A stretch of DNA of 64,000 bases from Candidatus Latescibacterota bacterium (GTDB lineage: Bacteria; Latescibacterota; UBA2968; GCA-2709665): positions 96,001-160,000 of the forward strand of contig OZ244937.1 in NCBI GenBank assembly GCA_965222075.1. The letters are read 5' to 3'. This document shows, one piece after another, positions 39,081 to 48,772 of this stretch; the first letter of the stretch is position 1, and every line of letters starts with the position of its first letter. Under the pieces are notes generated by a model that worked only from the letters and a program-made list of their open reading frames with translations, searched no databases and was not told where the DNA came from. A program made the position numbers and the translations under genes.

Positions 39081-42000
39081 ATGAATCGCATTTTTTTGGT
39101 TATTGGCATGGTTGCGGCCCTTTGCATATCGGCCGGGCAGGCGTGGTCTCAGTCGTCTTACGGGAAGATCACCGGAAGAGTGACCGACGCGAGTGGTGAG
39201 ATCCTGCCGGGGGCCAATGTGGTCATCGAAGATACGCGCTTCGGGGCGACGTCCGACAGCGATGGCTTCTATGTTATGATCGGTGTGGAGCCGGGCCTTT
39301 ACAAGTTGAAGGCTTCGATGGTCGGCTACGAGGCGGTGGTGCGGCAGGGGGTGAAGGTGGCTGCGGGCCTGACGACGGTGGCGAACTTCACGCTCCGGGA
39401 GTCGGCGATTGAGGCGGCCGAGATCGTGGTGACGGCCGAGCGCCCGCTTGTGGAGGTGGACCGGACCTCGAGCGAGACGAAAATCTCGTCGCAGGAGATC
39501 GCACAGGTTCCGATTATTCGAGACGTGAGGTCGCATCTCCAGTACGCCGTGGGCACCAATGTGAACGACAGCCCCGGCAACGGAGTGCGCATCCGCCACA
39601 TGAGTTATTATTCGATGCGTGCGGCGCAGACCTGGACGTTCGACGGCATTGAGCTGATGAACCTGGACACGTCGCAGCAGACGGCGCCCAGGCAGTACAC
39701 GAACCTGCCCGTGACGTCCATCGGCGAGATGGGCCTCGTAAGAGGGGGCGCCGACGCCTCGCAGGCCTCCTCGCCGGCTGGTGTGATCAATATTGTCAGC
39801 CGGGAGGGATCGCGGATCTACCGCGGCGGCATCGACCTCCGGATCGAGCCGCCCGGCAGGCGGCACCGGGGCGCGAACGTTTACGACGCAACCCCCGGGC
39901 AAGCGGGGGGGGCGAACGGGTACTGGCGGGACAAGCTGCAGTGGAACAATCCCGAATGGGTAAATGAGACCGACCCGGAAACCGGGCAGCAGATCCACGT
40001 GAGGCAGGACTACGAGGGCGCGATCGGACACCTGGTGGAGGGGTGGGTCAGCGGGCCCCTGGCCGATAACGTGACATTTGTGCTGAGTGGGAAGACCAGC
40101 CGATCCAAGCAGACGCTCCCCGGCCCGACGCGGGTGGGGCTGCGCCAGAACAGCGTATTCGGAAAGCTCAGCTTCACGCCTACGTCCAACCTCAAGCTGA
40201 AGGTGGGGTATAACCACTCGAACGAGCCCACGTTTTTCGGGGATACCAACCGGGGTGTGAATTCCAACCTGTTTTTGATTAACGGCACGACGGGGTACGA
40301 GCAGAAGCGGGTGAACCAGATCTTCTACGTGACGGGTACCCACAGCCTCAGCCCCAGGATGTTCCACGAGTTCCAGGTCGCGTATTTTGGAACGAAAACC
40401 GAACCGGACGGCACCGTGGATGGCACGACGACATCCTGGCGGAGGGACGCGCTGGGCCAGTTCAATCTCGACCGGGAGCGCAGGCGTATTGTTGTGGAAG
40501 ACAACCGCCGGTACAATCTCCGCTACGACTTCACCGGTCAGCTCACCCGGCGCAACCTTTTCAAGGCGGGTTTTGTGTTTCAGAACCTCAACAATCTCAA
40601 CTGGGATTACAACCGGTCAAGCGCGACCAACGCCACAATCAAGATTATGGCCAAGAACAGCGAGCCGGGCCAGCGGTATACCGTTAACCGGCTGGCGGCC
40701 TATGTGGACGAAAAGCTGGAATTTCAGGGTATGGTCGTGCACGCGGGCCTGCGCTTCGACAGCTTCTGGGGCGGGCCCGAGCGGACGCTGGCGGGCTTTA
40801 TGAAGGCGCTGCCGGGGTGGCGGACCTACAAGGCCTGGCGGACGGGGCGCGTCCCTCTGGAGCAGACGAGGCCGATGACGAGCCTGTCGCCCCGGATCGG
40901 CCTGTCTCACCCGATCACGGACCGGTCGACCGTGCGGTATTCCTACGGCGTGTACTACAAACCCCCGCAATTCTCGCTGCTGTGGCTGGAGCCCTGGACC
41001 ACGTCGGACGCGCAGAACCACCCCGAGCTGGACGATGTTTGGTTCGATCTGAACTGGATCGGGGGCGGGCAGTGGCGCTTAGACGGCGGGTACCAGAACC
41101 CGGGAGGGCTGCCGAACACGGCCGAATTTGAGGTGACGGGAGAGTGGAACTTCATCAGCGACTTCGTGATGGAGCTGTCCACCTACTACCGCCGGACGGA
41201 GCGCGTGGGCTCCGGCGGTGTGCACCGATTCATTGATCCGGTGCAGACGCTGGCCTATGTGGGGCACCGGGGGCCGAACGCCCGTTTGGAGACAAAGGGC
41301 ATCGAGGTCGGGTTTACCAAGGCCTTTTCCCACAACTTCTCCTTCCGGGTGGGGCTGGACGTGAGCTGGGCGCTCTTCAACTGGTCGGGCGGCTCTCAGC
41401 TCCTGGTCCATACGTATCCGGACTCCAACTTCATCGCCGGGCCGAACTACTTCACCGTGGATGCAAACGACGACCCGGTGCGGTTGACCGCCGACGAGAT
41501 TCGGACGATCGGCCGCAGGGCCAACGACATTATCCGGAAATTACAGGCAGATGGGACGACATTCGCCGGCGCCTGGGGCACCAACCGGCTCGATACGCTC
41601 CGTCCCTGGTACGAGTATCCGGGTCTGAGCGAATCGGAGAAGCAGCGGATGGAGAACCTCTATTTCCAGGATGTGTGGCGGCAGGTGGACGCGTTCCGGG
41701 GGCAGCCGCCGACGACGAACGCCTCGTTCCAGTTCCTCTGGTCTACGCCGATGGACTGGGGAGGGGCCTGGAGGCCGCTCCTGGGCGGTGTGCAGGCGAA
41801 TCTTGTCTGGCGGATCGACAACGGGGGGCAGTTCCAGATTACCCTGCCGGGCACGAGCGTGCAGACCGCCCGCAACCGGCCGGTGTTCGTCCGGACGGAC
41901 ATGAATGTCCAGAAGTCGTTCCGGATAGGGTCGGTCACCCCCACGCTCTACATGGAGGTGTTCAACCTCTTCAATACCTATTACGATTCGTCCTCCGGCG

Positions 42001-42131
42001 CCAACTACATCCGGTGGGGGCTGAAGACGCCCACCCCGAACGATAGCAATTATCTGAAGTACGGCGACTCGAACTTCAGGCGGGGCAGCACGCCAAGGTA
42101 TGTGAACCTGGGAGTGCGGGTCGGCTTCTGA
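39081..42131 (+). CDS. TonB-dependent receptor with N-terminal carboxypeptidase-regulatory-like domain
   Basis: GKITGRVTD..G..LPGANV, EIVVTAERP, GVINIV, GLRFD, SPRIG.SHPI, C-terminal PR.V.LGVRVGF. Confidence 0.93.
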   Translation: MNRIFLVIGMVAALCISAGQAWSQSSYGKITGRVTDASGEILPGANVVIEDTRFGATSDSDGFYVMIGVEPGLYKLKASMVGYEAVVRQGVKVAAGLTTVANFTLRESAIEAAEIVVTAERPLVEVDRTSSETKISSQEIAQVPIIRDVRSHLQYAVGTNVNDSPGNGVRIRHMSYYSMRAAQTWTFDGIELMNLDTSQQTAPRQYTNLPVTSIGEMGLVRGGADASQASSPAGVINIVSREGSRIYRGGIDLRIEPPGRRHRGANVYDATPGQAGGANGYWRDKLQWNNPEWVNETDPETGQQIHVRQDYEGAIGHLVEGWVSGPLADNVTFVLSGKTSRSKQTLPGPTRVGLRQNSVFGKLSFTPTSNLKLKVGYNHSNEPTFFGDTNRGVNSNLFLINGTTGYEQKRVNQIFYVTGTHSLSPRMFHEFQVAYFGTKTEPDGTVDGTTTSWRRDALGQFNLDRERRRIVVEDNRRYNLRYDFTGQLTRRNLFKAGFVFQNLNNLNWDYNRSSATNATIKIMAKNSEPGQRYTVNRLAAYVDEKLEFQGMVVHAGLRFDSFWGGPERTLAGFMKALPGWRTYKAWRTGRVPLEQTRPMTSLSPRIGLSHPITDRSTVRYSYGVYYKPPQFSLLWLEPWTTSDAQNHPELDDVWFDLNWIGGGQWRLDGGYQNPGGLPNTAEFEVTGEWNFISDFVMELSTYYRRTERVGSGGVHRFIDPVQTLAYVGHRGPNARLETKGIEVGFTKAFSHNFSFRVGLDVSWALFNWSGGSQLLVHTYPDSNFIAGPNYFTVDANDDPVRLTADEIRTIGRRANDIIRKLQADGTTFAGAWGTNRLDTLRPWYEYPGLSESEKQRMENLYFQDVWRQVDAFRGQPPTTNASFQFLWSTPMDWGGAWRPLLGGVQANLVWRIDNGGQFQITLPGTSVQTARNRPVFVRTDMNVQKSFRIGSVTPTLYMEVFNLFNTYYDSSSGANYIRWGLKTPTPNDSNYLKYGDSNFRRGSTPRYVNLGVRVGF

Positions 42132-42143
42132 GAATGGGTACGA

Positions 42144-42171
42144 TGTCGGGGCGACGAAGGTCGCCTCGACA
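42144..42171 (+). other. Strong intergenic stem-loop after the TBDR
   Basis: TGTCGGGGCGAC-GAAG-GTCGCCTCGACA, 12-bp stem with one G-U pair, no U-tract. Confidence 0.6.
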
Positions 42172-42192
42172 CAAACAGGTGGGAGAGATTCG

Positions 42193-44721
42193 ATGAGACG
42201 CATATTCGCATTTGCGGGCGCGCTGTTGATTGCGGGCGCGCTCTGGTGTCCGGCCAAGGCGCAGCGCCCGACCTTTTCCAATGCGGCCGGACAGTCGCTG
42301 ACTCCCCGTCAGCTGACCCGGGGCACGCTTTGGCACAGTTACCTGAGCACCGGCGCAGAGGGGGCGCGGCCGGTGGAGGGGAACTACGCTGGGCTTTACC
42401 TGGATCTGGCCTATCCGGGCTTCGCGCTGATCAGCTGGGGCGGGGGGGGGACGAACGACTTTTCGGCCTATTACGGGGAGCAGCGGAACGCCGGGAGCAT
42501 GCACGTGGACCTGTCGTCGCACAACGGCCGCGGGCACGGGTGGTGGATCGGCACGAAGGTGAACGGCCAGGCGGTGGTGACCTGGGCCAACCCCCTCATC
42601 CCGGCGATGGAGGAGAGCGAGGATGTGGTTGCGATGGCGGTGGATCCATCTGTCGATTTCGGGGGCCGGTATTCAAGCCTCGGGAACGATGTGATCAGCC
42701 CAAACACGGGTCGGGCGATGGCCAACTGGTGGCCCGGCACCGGGGTGGAACTGGATGCGCTGGAGCCAAGGGAGATTTTGAACTACCACATCGGGCAGTA
42801 CAACAGCCCCCTGGTGGACAATGTTCCGGAAGACATCATTCTGAGCAAGTGGACGACGGGTCTGGGCATCACCGGAGAGAAGGCGGCCTTCGCCTGGAAC
42901 CACCCGGACTACGACGATTTTGTGATCACGGAGTGGGTGTTTGAAAACACGGGGGATACGGACGGGGATCGGGCGGCCGACCTGCCGGGGGGAGGCCACG
43001 CCCTTGAGAATGTGTATTTCTCCTTTCACCACCGTTTTATGCCCTCCTCCTCCGGGGTTTCCCGGACGAGCTACAGGGCCTACTACTCCGACTATGGCAC
43101 GGGAGACGGGTGCAGCAGCAACTTCGGGCCGCTGGACAATTCCCAGGACGACAAGATCAAGTACACGGAGTCGCCCAATTACGACGGCCCGGGGACGGCC
43201 CGGGGGCTGAGGCTGACCTACCAGTACGACTGGGACAACTTCTGCCTCACCGGGCCGCTGGCCGATGATATCGGCGACCCGTATCGCTCCGAACTGAGGT
43301 GCTCCCAGTGTACGTTTCCCAGTCTTACCAGAGTGGGGGACATCACATCGCCCGCCTGGATCGGGAAGGCGCCCATCGACGTGGACCCGACGGACGGGTT
43401 CGTGGGAGACAGCGAGGTGTACGAGGCGCCCAAGGTGGCGCAGCAGCCGTTTGCTTACAACTTCTTCCATTTTCTGTACCGATATCCTTCCAGCGCGTCG
43501 GCGGCCATCGGGTTCTTCACCGATGAGCCGAACCCGAACGAGATGAACCACGAGACGCTCTACCAGATGCTCATCAGCACGCCGGACCCGTCCTACTTCA
43601 ACGAGCCGCTGTTAGAGCGCCAAAGCCGGGGATCGGGCAACCCCAACCTGGGGGTGCCGCTCCTCGCCGTGCCGGATAACCCGACCGAGCCGATGCCCTA
43701 TATGCCTGTTCCCACCTGGGAGTGGGAGGGTCGGCACGGGATTGCGGCTGCGTACACGCCCATGGAGACCTACGGTCCCTACGACCTGGCGCCGGGCCAG
43801 AAGGTGAAGTTCGTGTTCGCATACGTGGGAGGCGCTCCGGTGACCGAGAACTTCCGGACCTATCAACAGGCGGGAAACACCAGCGAACTGAAAAAGGAGG
43901 AGGACGGAGCGGCTTTTACCAACCTGCTCAACCACCTGAAGAAGGCGAAGGAGGCCTACGAACTGGGCTACGACCTGCCCAACCAGCCGCCGGACGTGGA
44001 CGCGTGGGTGGGGTCCTCGGAGAATGCGCAAAACCTGGTCACCTGGAAGGGCGACCCGGAGAAGTCGAGCAACCCGGACACGGGCAGCCCGGACGTGGCG
44101 GGCTACCGGGTGTATCAGTCGGCAACCCAGCCCGGCCTCTGGAATCAGATTGCGGATGTGCCCGCGAACGGTTCGGCGGAATACTCATTTGAGGACAACC
44201 AGTCGCTGGCGGGGTTTGAATACTATTATACCGTGCGTTCCTATCAGGGCAGCGCGAACACCGCATTTGTCAGCGACGTGACGGGCCAGACTGTTGAGGG
44301 CGGCGTCTCGGCCTACGAATCCGGATCCGGGGACGCGTCGACCTATTACCTGCCTTCCAGCGGGGCCAGCCCGGACAGCCCGGTGCAGGTGCCTTCGAGC
44401 GGCGCAGATCTGCTGGATAAAGACATCCTCATTGTGCCCAACCCCTACACTCCGGACAGCCCGCATACCTATGAGGCCTCGACCAAGATCCGCATCCTGA
44501 ACGTGCCCAGGAAGGCCAAGATCCGGATCTTTTCCGTGGCCGGGGATCTGGTGGGGGAGATCGATCACGATTCGCAGAGTGTGGGCGAGGCGGCTTACTT
44601 CCAGTTCAACAGGACGCATATTACCCAGCTGACCTTCGGGGTCTACTTTGTGACCGTCGAGTCCCTGTTGCCCGAGAGCCAGGGCAAGATCAAGGGCACC
44701 AAGTTCGTGATTATTCGTTAA
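42193..44721 (+). CDS. Large secreted protein with FN3-like domain and T9SS-like C-terminal sorting domain
   Basis: Signal peptide; GPY.LAPG, P.PPD, DVAGYRVY.S, YYY.V.SY, VPNPY, I.IFSVAGDLV, GVYFV, KFVIIR. Confidence 0.75.
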   Translation: MRRIFAFAGALLIAGALWCPAKAQRPTFSNAAGQSLTPRQLTRGTLWHSYLSTGAEGARPVEGNYAGLYLDLAYPGFALISWGGGGTNDFSAYYGEQRNAGSMHVDLSSHNGRGHGWWIGTKVNGQAVVTWANPLIPAMEESEDVVAMAVDPSVDFGGRYSSLGNDVISPNTGRAMANWWPGTGVELDALEPREILNYHIGQYNSPLVDNVPEDIILSKWTTGLGITGEKAAFAWNHPDYDDFVITEWVFENTGDTDGDRAADLPGGGHALENVYFSFHHRFMPSSSGVSRTSYRAYYSDYGTGDGCSSNFGPLDNSQDDKIKYTESPNYDGPGTARGLRLTYQYDWDNFCLTGPLADDIGDPYRSELRCSQCTFPSLTRVGDITSPAWIGKAPIDVDPTDGFVGDSEVYEAPKVAQQPFAYNFFHFLYRYPSSASAAIGFFTDEPNPNEMNHETLYQMLISTPDPSYFNEPLLERQSRGSGNPNLGVPLLAVPDNPTEPMPYMPVPTWEWEGRHGIAAAYTPMETYGPYDLAPGQKVKFVFAYVGGAPVTENFRTYQQAGNTSELKKEEDGAAFTNLLNHLKKAKEAYELGYDLPNQPPDVDAWVGSSENAQNLVTWKGDPEKSSNPDTGSPDVAGYRVYQSATQPGLWNQIADVPANGSAEYSFEDNQSLAGFEYYYTVRSYQGSANTAFVSDVTGQTVEGGVSAYESGSGDASTYYLPSSGASPDSPVQVPSSGADLLDKDILIVPNPYTPDSPHTYEASTKIRILNVPRKAKIRIFSVAGDLVGEIDHDSQSVGEAAYFQFNRTHITQLTFGVYFVTVESLLPESQGKIKGTKFVIIR

Positions 44722-44733
44722 GGAGAGATTGTT

Positions 44734-45702
44734 ATGCGGAGCATTCATCAGATCGGATTTGCGGCGCTCTTCGGTGTTCTGGCCCTCTCCGCACCGGCGC
44801 TGGCGGATATCTCGAACCAGACCCCGGTGGGCGAGACCTACGCCACCTTTTTAGAGGTGGCCCAGGGCGCGAGGGCCGCAGGAATGGGAGACGCCTATGT
44901 GGCCGTATCGGACGACATCAATGCCGTGTTCTGGAACCCGGCCGGACTGTCGGCCATGCCGGCGAACCGGTTCCAGTTTATGTTCACCAACACCCGGTGG
45001 CTCCTGGAGTCGAATTTTAATTCCGGAGCCGTGGGCATCAATTCCAGCTACGGGGCGTTTGCCTTGAGTATGGTGACGTTCTCAACCGGTGACATCGAGG
45101 AGACGACCATTTTCGACCCGCAGGGAACGGGCCGCACGCTGGATACCGGGGCCTGGGCCGTGGGTGGGGCCTATGCCAAGCGGTTCACAGACCGGTTTTC
45201 CATTGGTTTCCAGATGCGGGTGATCCAGGAAAGGCTGGACAGGGACGTCGACTACAGGACGTTCGACCTGGCGGTGGGGACCTTTTACCACACCGGCTTC
45301 CGGAGCCTTCGAATCGCCATGTCGCTGCGGAACTTCGGGAAAGACATAGTGCTTCTGACGGACGAGGCGATCCGGGGTAAGATGCCCGTTTCCTTCAGCC
45401 TGGCGACGGCCGCCGAGGTGTACGGGGAGCGGGGCGACGACGTTTCGCTGACCGGGGCTCTTGAGGCGCTCTACAACGTGAGCGTTGAGCGGCGGGTGCA
45501 TGTGGGAGGGGAACTCTGGCTGCGGAACATTATCGCGCTGCGGGGCGGATACAAGTGGAACTACGATGTGCAGGACTTTACCGCCGGGGCGGGGGTGCGG
45601 CTGCAGCGGGGCATACACTACTTACAGGTCGATTTTGCCTGGGTGAAGTTCGATAAGTTCCCCACCAACCCCCTGCGGTTCTCCCTGACGGGATCGTTCT
45701 GA
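44734..45702 (+). CDS. PorV/PorQ family outer-membrane beta-barrel
   Basis: FLEV..GARAAGMGDAYVA..DD.NA.FWNPAGL, G.E.W......LRGGY, terminal F. Confidence 0.88.
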   Translation: MRSIHQIGFAALFGVLALSAPALADISNQTPVGETYATFLEVAQGARAAGMGDAYVAVSDDINAVFWNPAGLSAMPANRFQFMFTNTRWLLESNFNSGAVGINSSYGAFALSMVTFSTGDIEETTIFDPQGTGRTLDTGAWAVGGAYAKRFTDRFSIGFQMRVIQERLDRDVDYRTFDLAVGTFYHTGFRSLRIAMSLRNFGKDIVLLTDEAIRGKMPVSFSLATAAEVYGERGDDVSLTGALEALYNVSVERRVHVGGELWLRNIIALRGGYKWNYDVQDFTAGAGVRLQRGIHYLQVDFAWVKFDKFPTNPLRFSLTGSF

Positions 45703-45739
45703 TCCCGCAGGTGCGGGGCAGTACCATTGACGTGAACCC

Positions 45740-45778
45740 GATAGGCGGCTTTTGTTGATTGTGACAGGGCCGCCTATC
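45740..45778. promoter_or_regulatory. Long intergenic hairpin between porV-like and GWxTD genes
   Basis: Perfect 10-bp inverted repeat GATAGGCGGC / GCCGCCTATC, extendable with G-U pairs. Confidence 0.45.
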
Positions 45779-45804
45779 TGTTTATATAAGGGTGTGACGG
45801 CATT

Positions 45805-48570
45805 ATGATGAATTGCAGATCGGTTTTGTTGCATTGGGTTCTGGGAGGCGTCCTGGTGGCACTCTGGCCGGAAACGGACCTGACCGCCGGGACATCCCTT
45901 AAGGATCTGGAGGCGGTTTACACGCGCGGGCTGAAGGCCCGGGACGTGCAGACGATTGTGGCGGCGGCAGTGAAGTTGGAGGAGGCCGTGCAGGACCATC
46001 CGGACCTTGTGGGGCTACTGATGAACCGGGCCGGTATGCTCTATTTGCGAGTGGGAAGGTCCAGGAATGCGCTTATGGCGTTTACACGCGCGGTGAGGTT
46101 CGACCCGAAGCTGGCCACCGCGCACTGCGGCCTGGGCCGGGTCTACCTGGAACTGGCGGGCGACGCGCAAGGGGCGTTGCCCCACCTGAAAGCGGCGCTG
46201 CGGGCGGATTCCACGTATACCTGGACGTACGTTTTTCTGGCCCGGGCGCTGGCGCAGATCGGACAGGACCACCTGAAGGCGGGGGCGGCGGACAGCGCCC
46301 GGACGGCGTTTCAGGACGCGCTTGGGCACGATCCGAAGCTGGCGGCTGCGCACTGCGGGTTGGGCCGGGTCTATCTGGAGTTGGAGGAAGACGCGCAAGG
46401 GGCGTTGCCCCACCTGAAAGCGGCGCTGCGGGCGGATTCCACGTACGCGGAGGGCCACTATTTTCTGGCCCGGGCCTACCAGAGCGCCGAACGACCCGGG
46501 GCGAGGCGGGCCGCTGACCGGGCGATCCGGTACGATCCGACGTACGCCCCGGCCTACCTGCTGCTGGCCGAGTCGCACCGGGAGGAGGGCAACCGGCTGG
46601 CGACGATGCTTTATTATCAAAAGTACCTGGAGCAGAGACCGGCAGACCAGGAACCGGCGCTGGCGTTTGTCCGGGATCAGCTGAGGGAGGGGCGGTTCAA
46701 GGAGGTGGAAATCCTCACCTCTCTGATGACGGACGATCGGGCACTGCCCCTGCTGGCGCAGGCGCTGATGGGCCGGGGCGACCACGAAGGGGCCATGCGG
46801 GCGTTTAAACTCTATATCGACGGCCTGAACCCGGAGGCGCAGGCGCTCTACCTGGATGTGGCCCTGGTAGGGCTTCCTCACGAGATCGAAGCTTATAACA
46901 GGACGCCTCCGGAGAAGCGAGAGGCGTTCCTCCAGCAGTTCTGGCTGCGCCACGATCCGTTCAAGGCCTCCAGGGGGGCCATGCGCCGTGCGGAGCACTA
47001 CCGGCGGGTCTGGCACGCCCGGACCTTGTATGGGGAAAAAAAGTGGCCCTGGGACCGCCGTGGGGAAGTCTACATCCGGTACGGGGAGCCGGACTACCGC
47101 TCCTCTTCGCTGCAGCCGAACCCCCAGGTGCCTCCCGAGGTCGAGCGCGTGCAGGACCATATGGCCTACCAGCTCTACGGCACCCAGGGGCTGGGAATTA
47201 CCTTTGTGGGGCCGGTCTTTCCCATCCGGACGGATCTGGGTTCTTTTATGGAACCCAGTGAAGACATCCGGCGCGACCTGCAGGCTGCGGTGATCGAGGA
47301 GCTCGACCTGGCCGTGGCGGCTCCGGATGAGAATGAGTCCGGTTTCGGGGGAAATCCCGCTGCGGCGCCCCGGGAGCTTGTGGACCTGGAAGACTCCCCC
47401 ATCGAGGCGGGCATTGACCTGGATCCTGAGTTTGCTATCGGGCTGAGCGGGTGGAAGCCGGTGACCATAGGGCACAACTGGGCGTCCGTGTCCTGGGAGG
47501 TGTGGGTGTATGCCGATGTGGGGAAGGGCTTGGAGGTCGCCTTTACGGATGAACGCAATTCGGGCGTGTACGACTATGCCCCGGTCCCCGGTGTGGACAG
47601 TGAGGACCTGAAGCGACTGGACAAAGACCGGCACGTGGGAGAGCTGGCTTATCTGCGCATGTTTCAGCGGCTCACGGAGTTTGCCCCTGCAACCCGGGTG
47701 GCGATGGTGTCGCGGGAGCAGCCGGAACGCTACAGCCTGACCGGTTTCGAGCCGCTCGACTTCGCCTACGATGTGGTCTCTTTCCGGGGGCAGGATGGCA
47801 GGACGGAATTACAGGTGAACGTGGGCATCCCGATCGAGCACGTGGTGATGCCCGGGGATACCGATACCAGCGTGCTGGTCAACCGCCGGGTCGCGCTGAT
47901 TGACAGCCGGCAGACCCAGGTGTTGCCCGCGCAGCAGGATCTGGAAGTGCCGATTTCCGGGCCGAAGCGGGACCGGGCGCTGCTGGACCGGGTGGACCTG
48001 GTCAACGTTACGCCGGGGGACTACGAGCTGGCCGTGCAGGTGCAGCGCCACAACACGAACCGACTGCAGGCCTACGTGCAGGAGCTGCCGGTGGAGGATT
48101 ACTCGGGCGACGCGCTGAAGCTGAGCGACCTGTTTGTGGCCCAGCATGTGGGCGCGGCCGGGCTCGCGCCGGATCCCAAGTTTGTCCGGGGGGAGTGGAC
48201 GATTACCCCCTTGCCGTCGCACGTGTTCAGGACCGGGCAGCACGTGTTTGTTTTTTTTGAAATTTACAACCTGAACCGGGATACGTTTGGGGCCACGCAT
48301 TACGAGGTGACCTACGGGGTTCACAGTACCGATGAAAGCGGAACCCGTTTCTTCCCCCTGCTGACGCGGGTTATGGGGCGGTCGGAATCGGGGGTGACGG
48401 TCCGTTACGAACAGACGGGCACGGAGGCATCCGTCTCGGATTACGCGGAGTTAGATATCGGAGAGGCTGCGGAGGGACGCTACAGGGTCCGGATAACGGT
48501 GAAGGACCTGAACAGCGGGCAGGAGGTGACCAGGGAAGGGCTGTTCTGGGTCAAGGCGCCATCCGGATGA
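45805..48570 (+). CDS. GWxTD domain-containing TPR protein
   Basis: N-terminal TPRs; FW..HDP, EHYRRV.HA, WDRRGEVYIRYGEPD, WEVWVY; C-terminal Ig-like domains. Confidence 0.85.
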   Translation: MMNCRSVLLHWVLGGVLVALWPETDLTAGTSLKDLEAVYTRGLKARDVQTIVAAAVKLEEAVQDHPDLVGLLMNRAGMLYLRVGRSRNALMAFTRAVRFDPKLATAHCGLGRVYLELAGDAQGALPHLKAALRADSTYTWTYVFLARALAQIGQDHLKAGAADSARTAFQDALGHDPKLAAAHCGLGRVYLELEEDAQGALPHLKAALRADSTYAEGHYFLARAYQSAERPGARRAADRAIRYDPTYAPAYLLLAESHREEGNRLATMLYYQKYLEQRPADQEPALAFVRDQLREGRFKEVEILTSLMTDDRALPLLAQALMGRGDHEGAMRAFKLYIDGLNPEAQALYLDVALVGLPHEIEAYNRTPPEKREAFLQQFWLRHDPFKASRGAMRRAEHYRRVWHARTLYGEKKWPWDRRGEVYIRYGEPDYRSSSLQPNPQVPPEVERVQDHMAYQLYGTQGLGITFVGPVFPIRTDLGSFMEPSEDIRRDLQAAVIEELDLAVAAPDENESGFGGNPAAAPRELVDLEDSPIEAGIDLDPEFAIGLSGWKPVTIGHNWASVSWEVWVYADVGKGLEVAFTDERNSGVYDYAPVPGVDSEDLKRLDKDRHVGELAYLRMFQRLTEFAPATRVAMVSREQPERYSLTGFEPLDFAYDVVSFRGQDGRTELQVNVGIPIEHVVMPGDTDTSVLVNRRVALIDSRQTQVLPAQQDLEVPISGPKRDRALLDRVDLVNVTPGDYELAVQVQRHNTNRLQAYVQELPVEDYSGDALKLSDLFVAQHVGAAGLAPDPKFVRGEWTITPLPSHVFRTGQHVFVFFEIYNLNRDTFGATHYEVTYGVHSTDESGTRFFPLLTRVMGRSESGVTVRYEQTGTEASVSDYAELDIGEAAEGRYRVRITVKDLNSGQEVTREGLFWVKAPSG
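46102..46475 (+). repeat. Intragenic duplication of a TPR block (228-bp offset)
   Basis: DPKLA.AHCGLGRVYLEL..DAQGALPHLKAALRADSTY twice; identical 56-nt block at 46162-46217 and 46390-46445. Confidence 0.9.
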
Positions 48571-48687
48571 AGGCGTAGACCCCTCCAGCGCCGGATGCCA
48601 ACGCGAGAGGCTTGCAGCCTCACAGACGCCATCCTCCGGAAGGGTGGCGTTCGGCTTTCGGAAAGCGATTGAAAGGAGGACTGGAGG

Positions 48688-48741
48688 ATGGCGAAGGACC
48701 TCTTGGCGATGGCGCGGGCGCTGGGTCAGGATTCCGTCTGA
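48688..48741 (+). pseudogene. Internally deleted homocysteine S-methyltransferase-family minigene (17 aa)
   Basis: MAKDLL+AMARALGQDSV; RBS region AGGAGGACTGGAGGATG nearly identical to AGGAGGACTGAGGATG of the 55984 gene. Confidence 0.7.
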
Positions 48742-48772
48742 AGGATGCGGGGAGCTTTTGAAGAGGCAGGCA

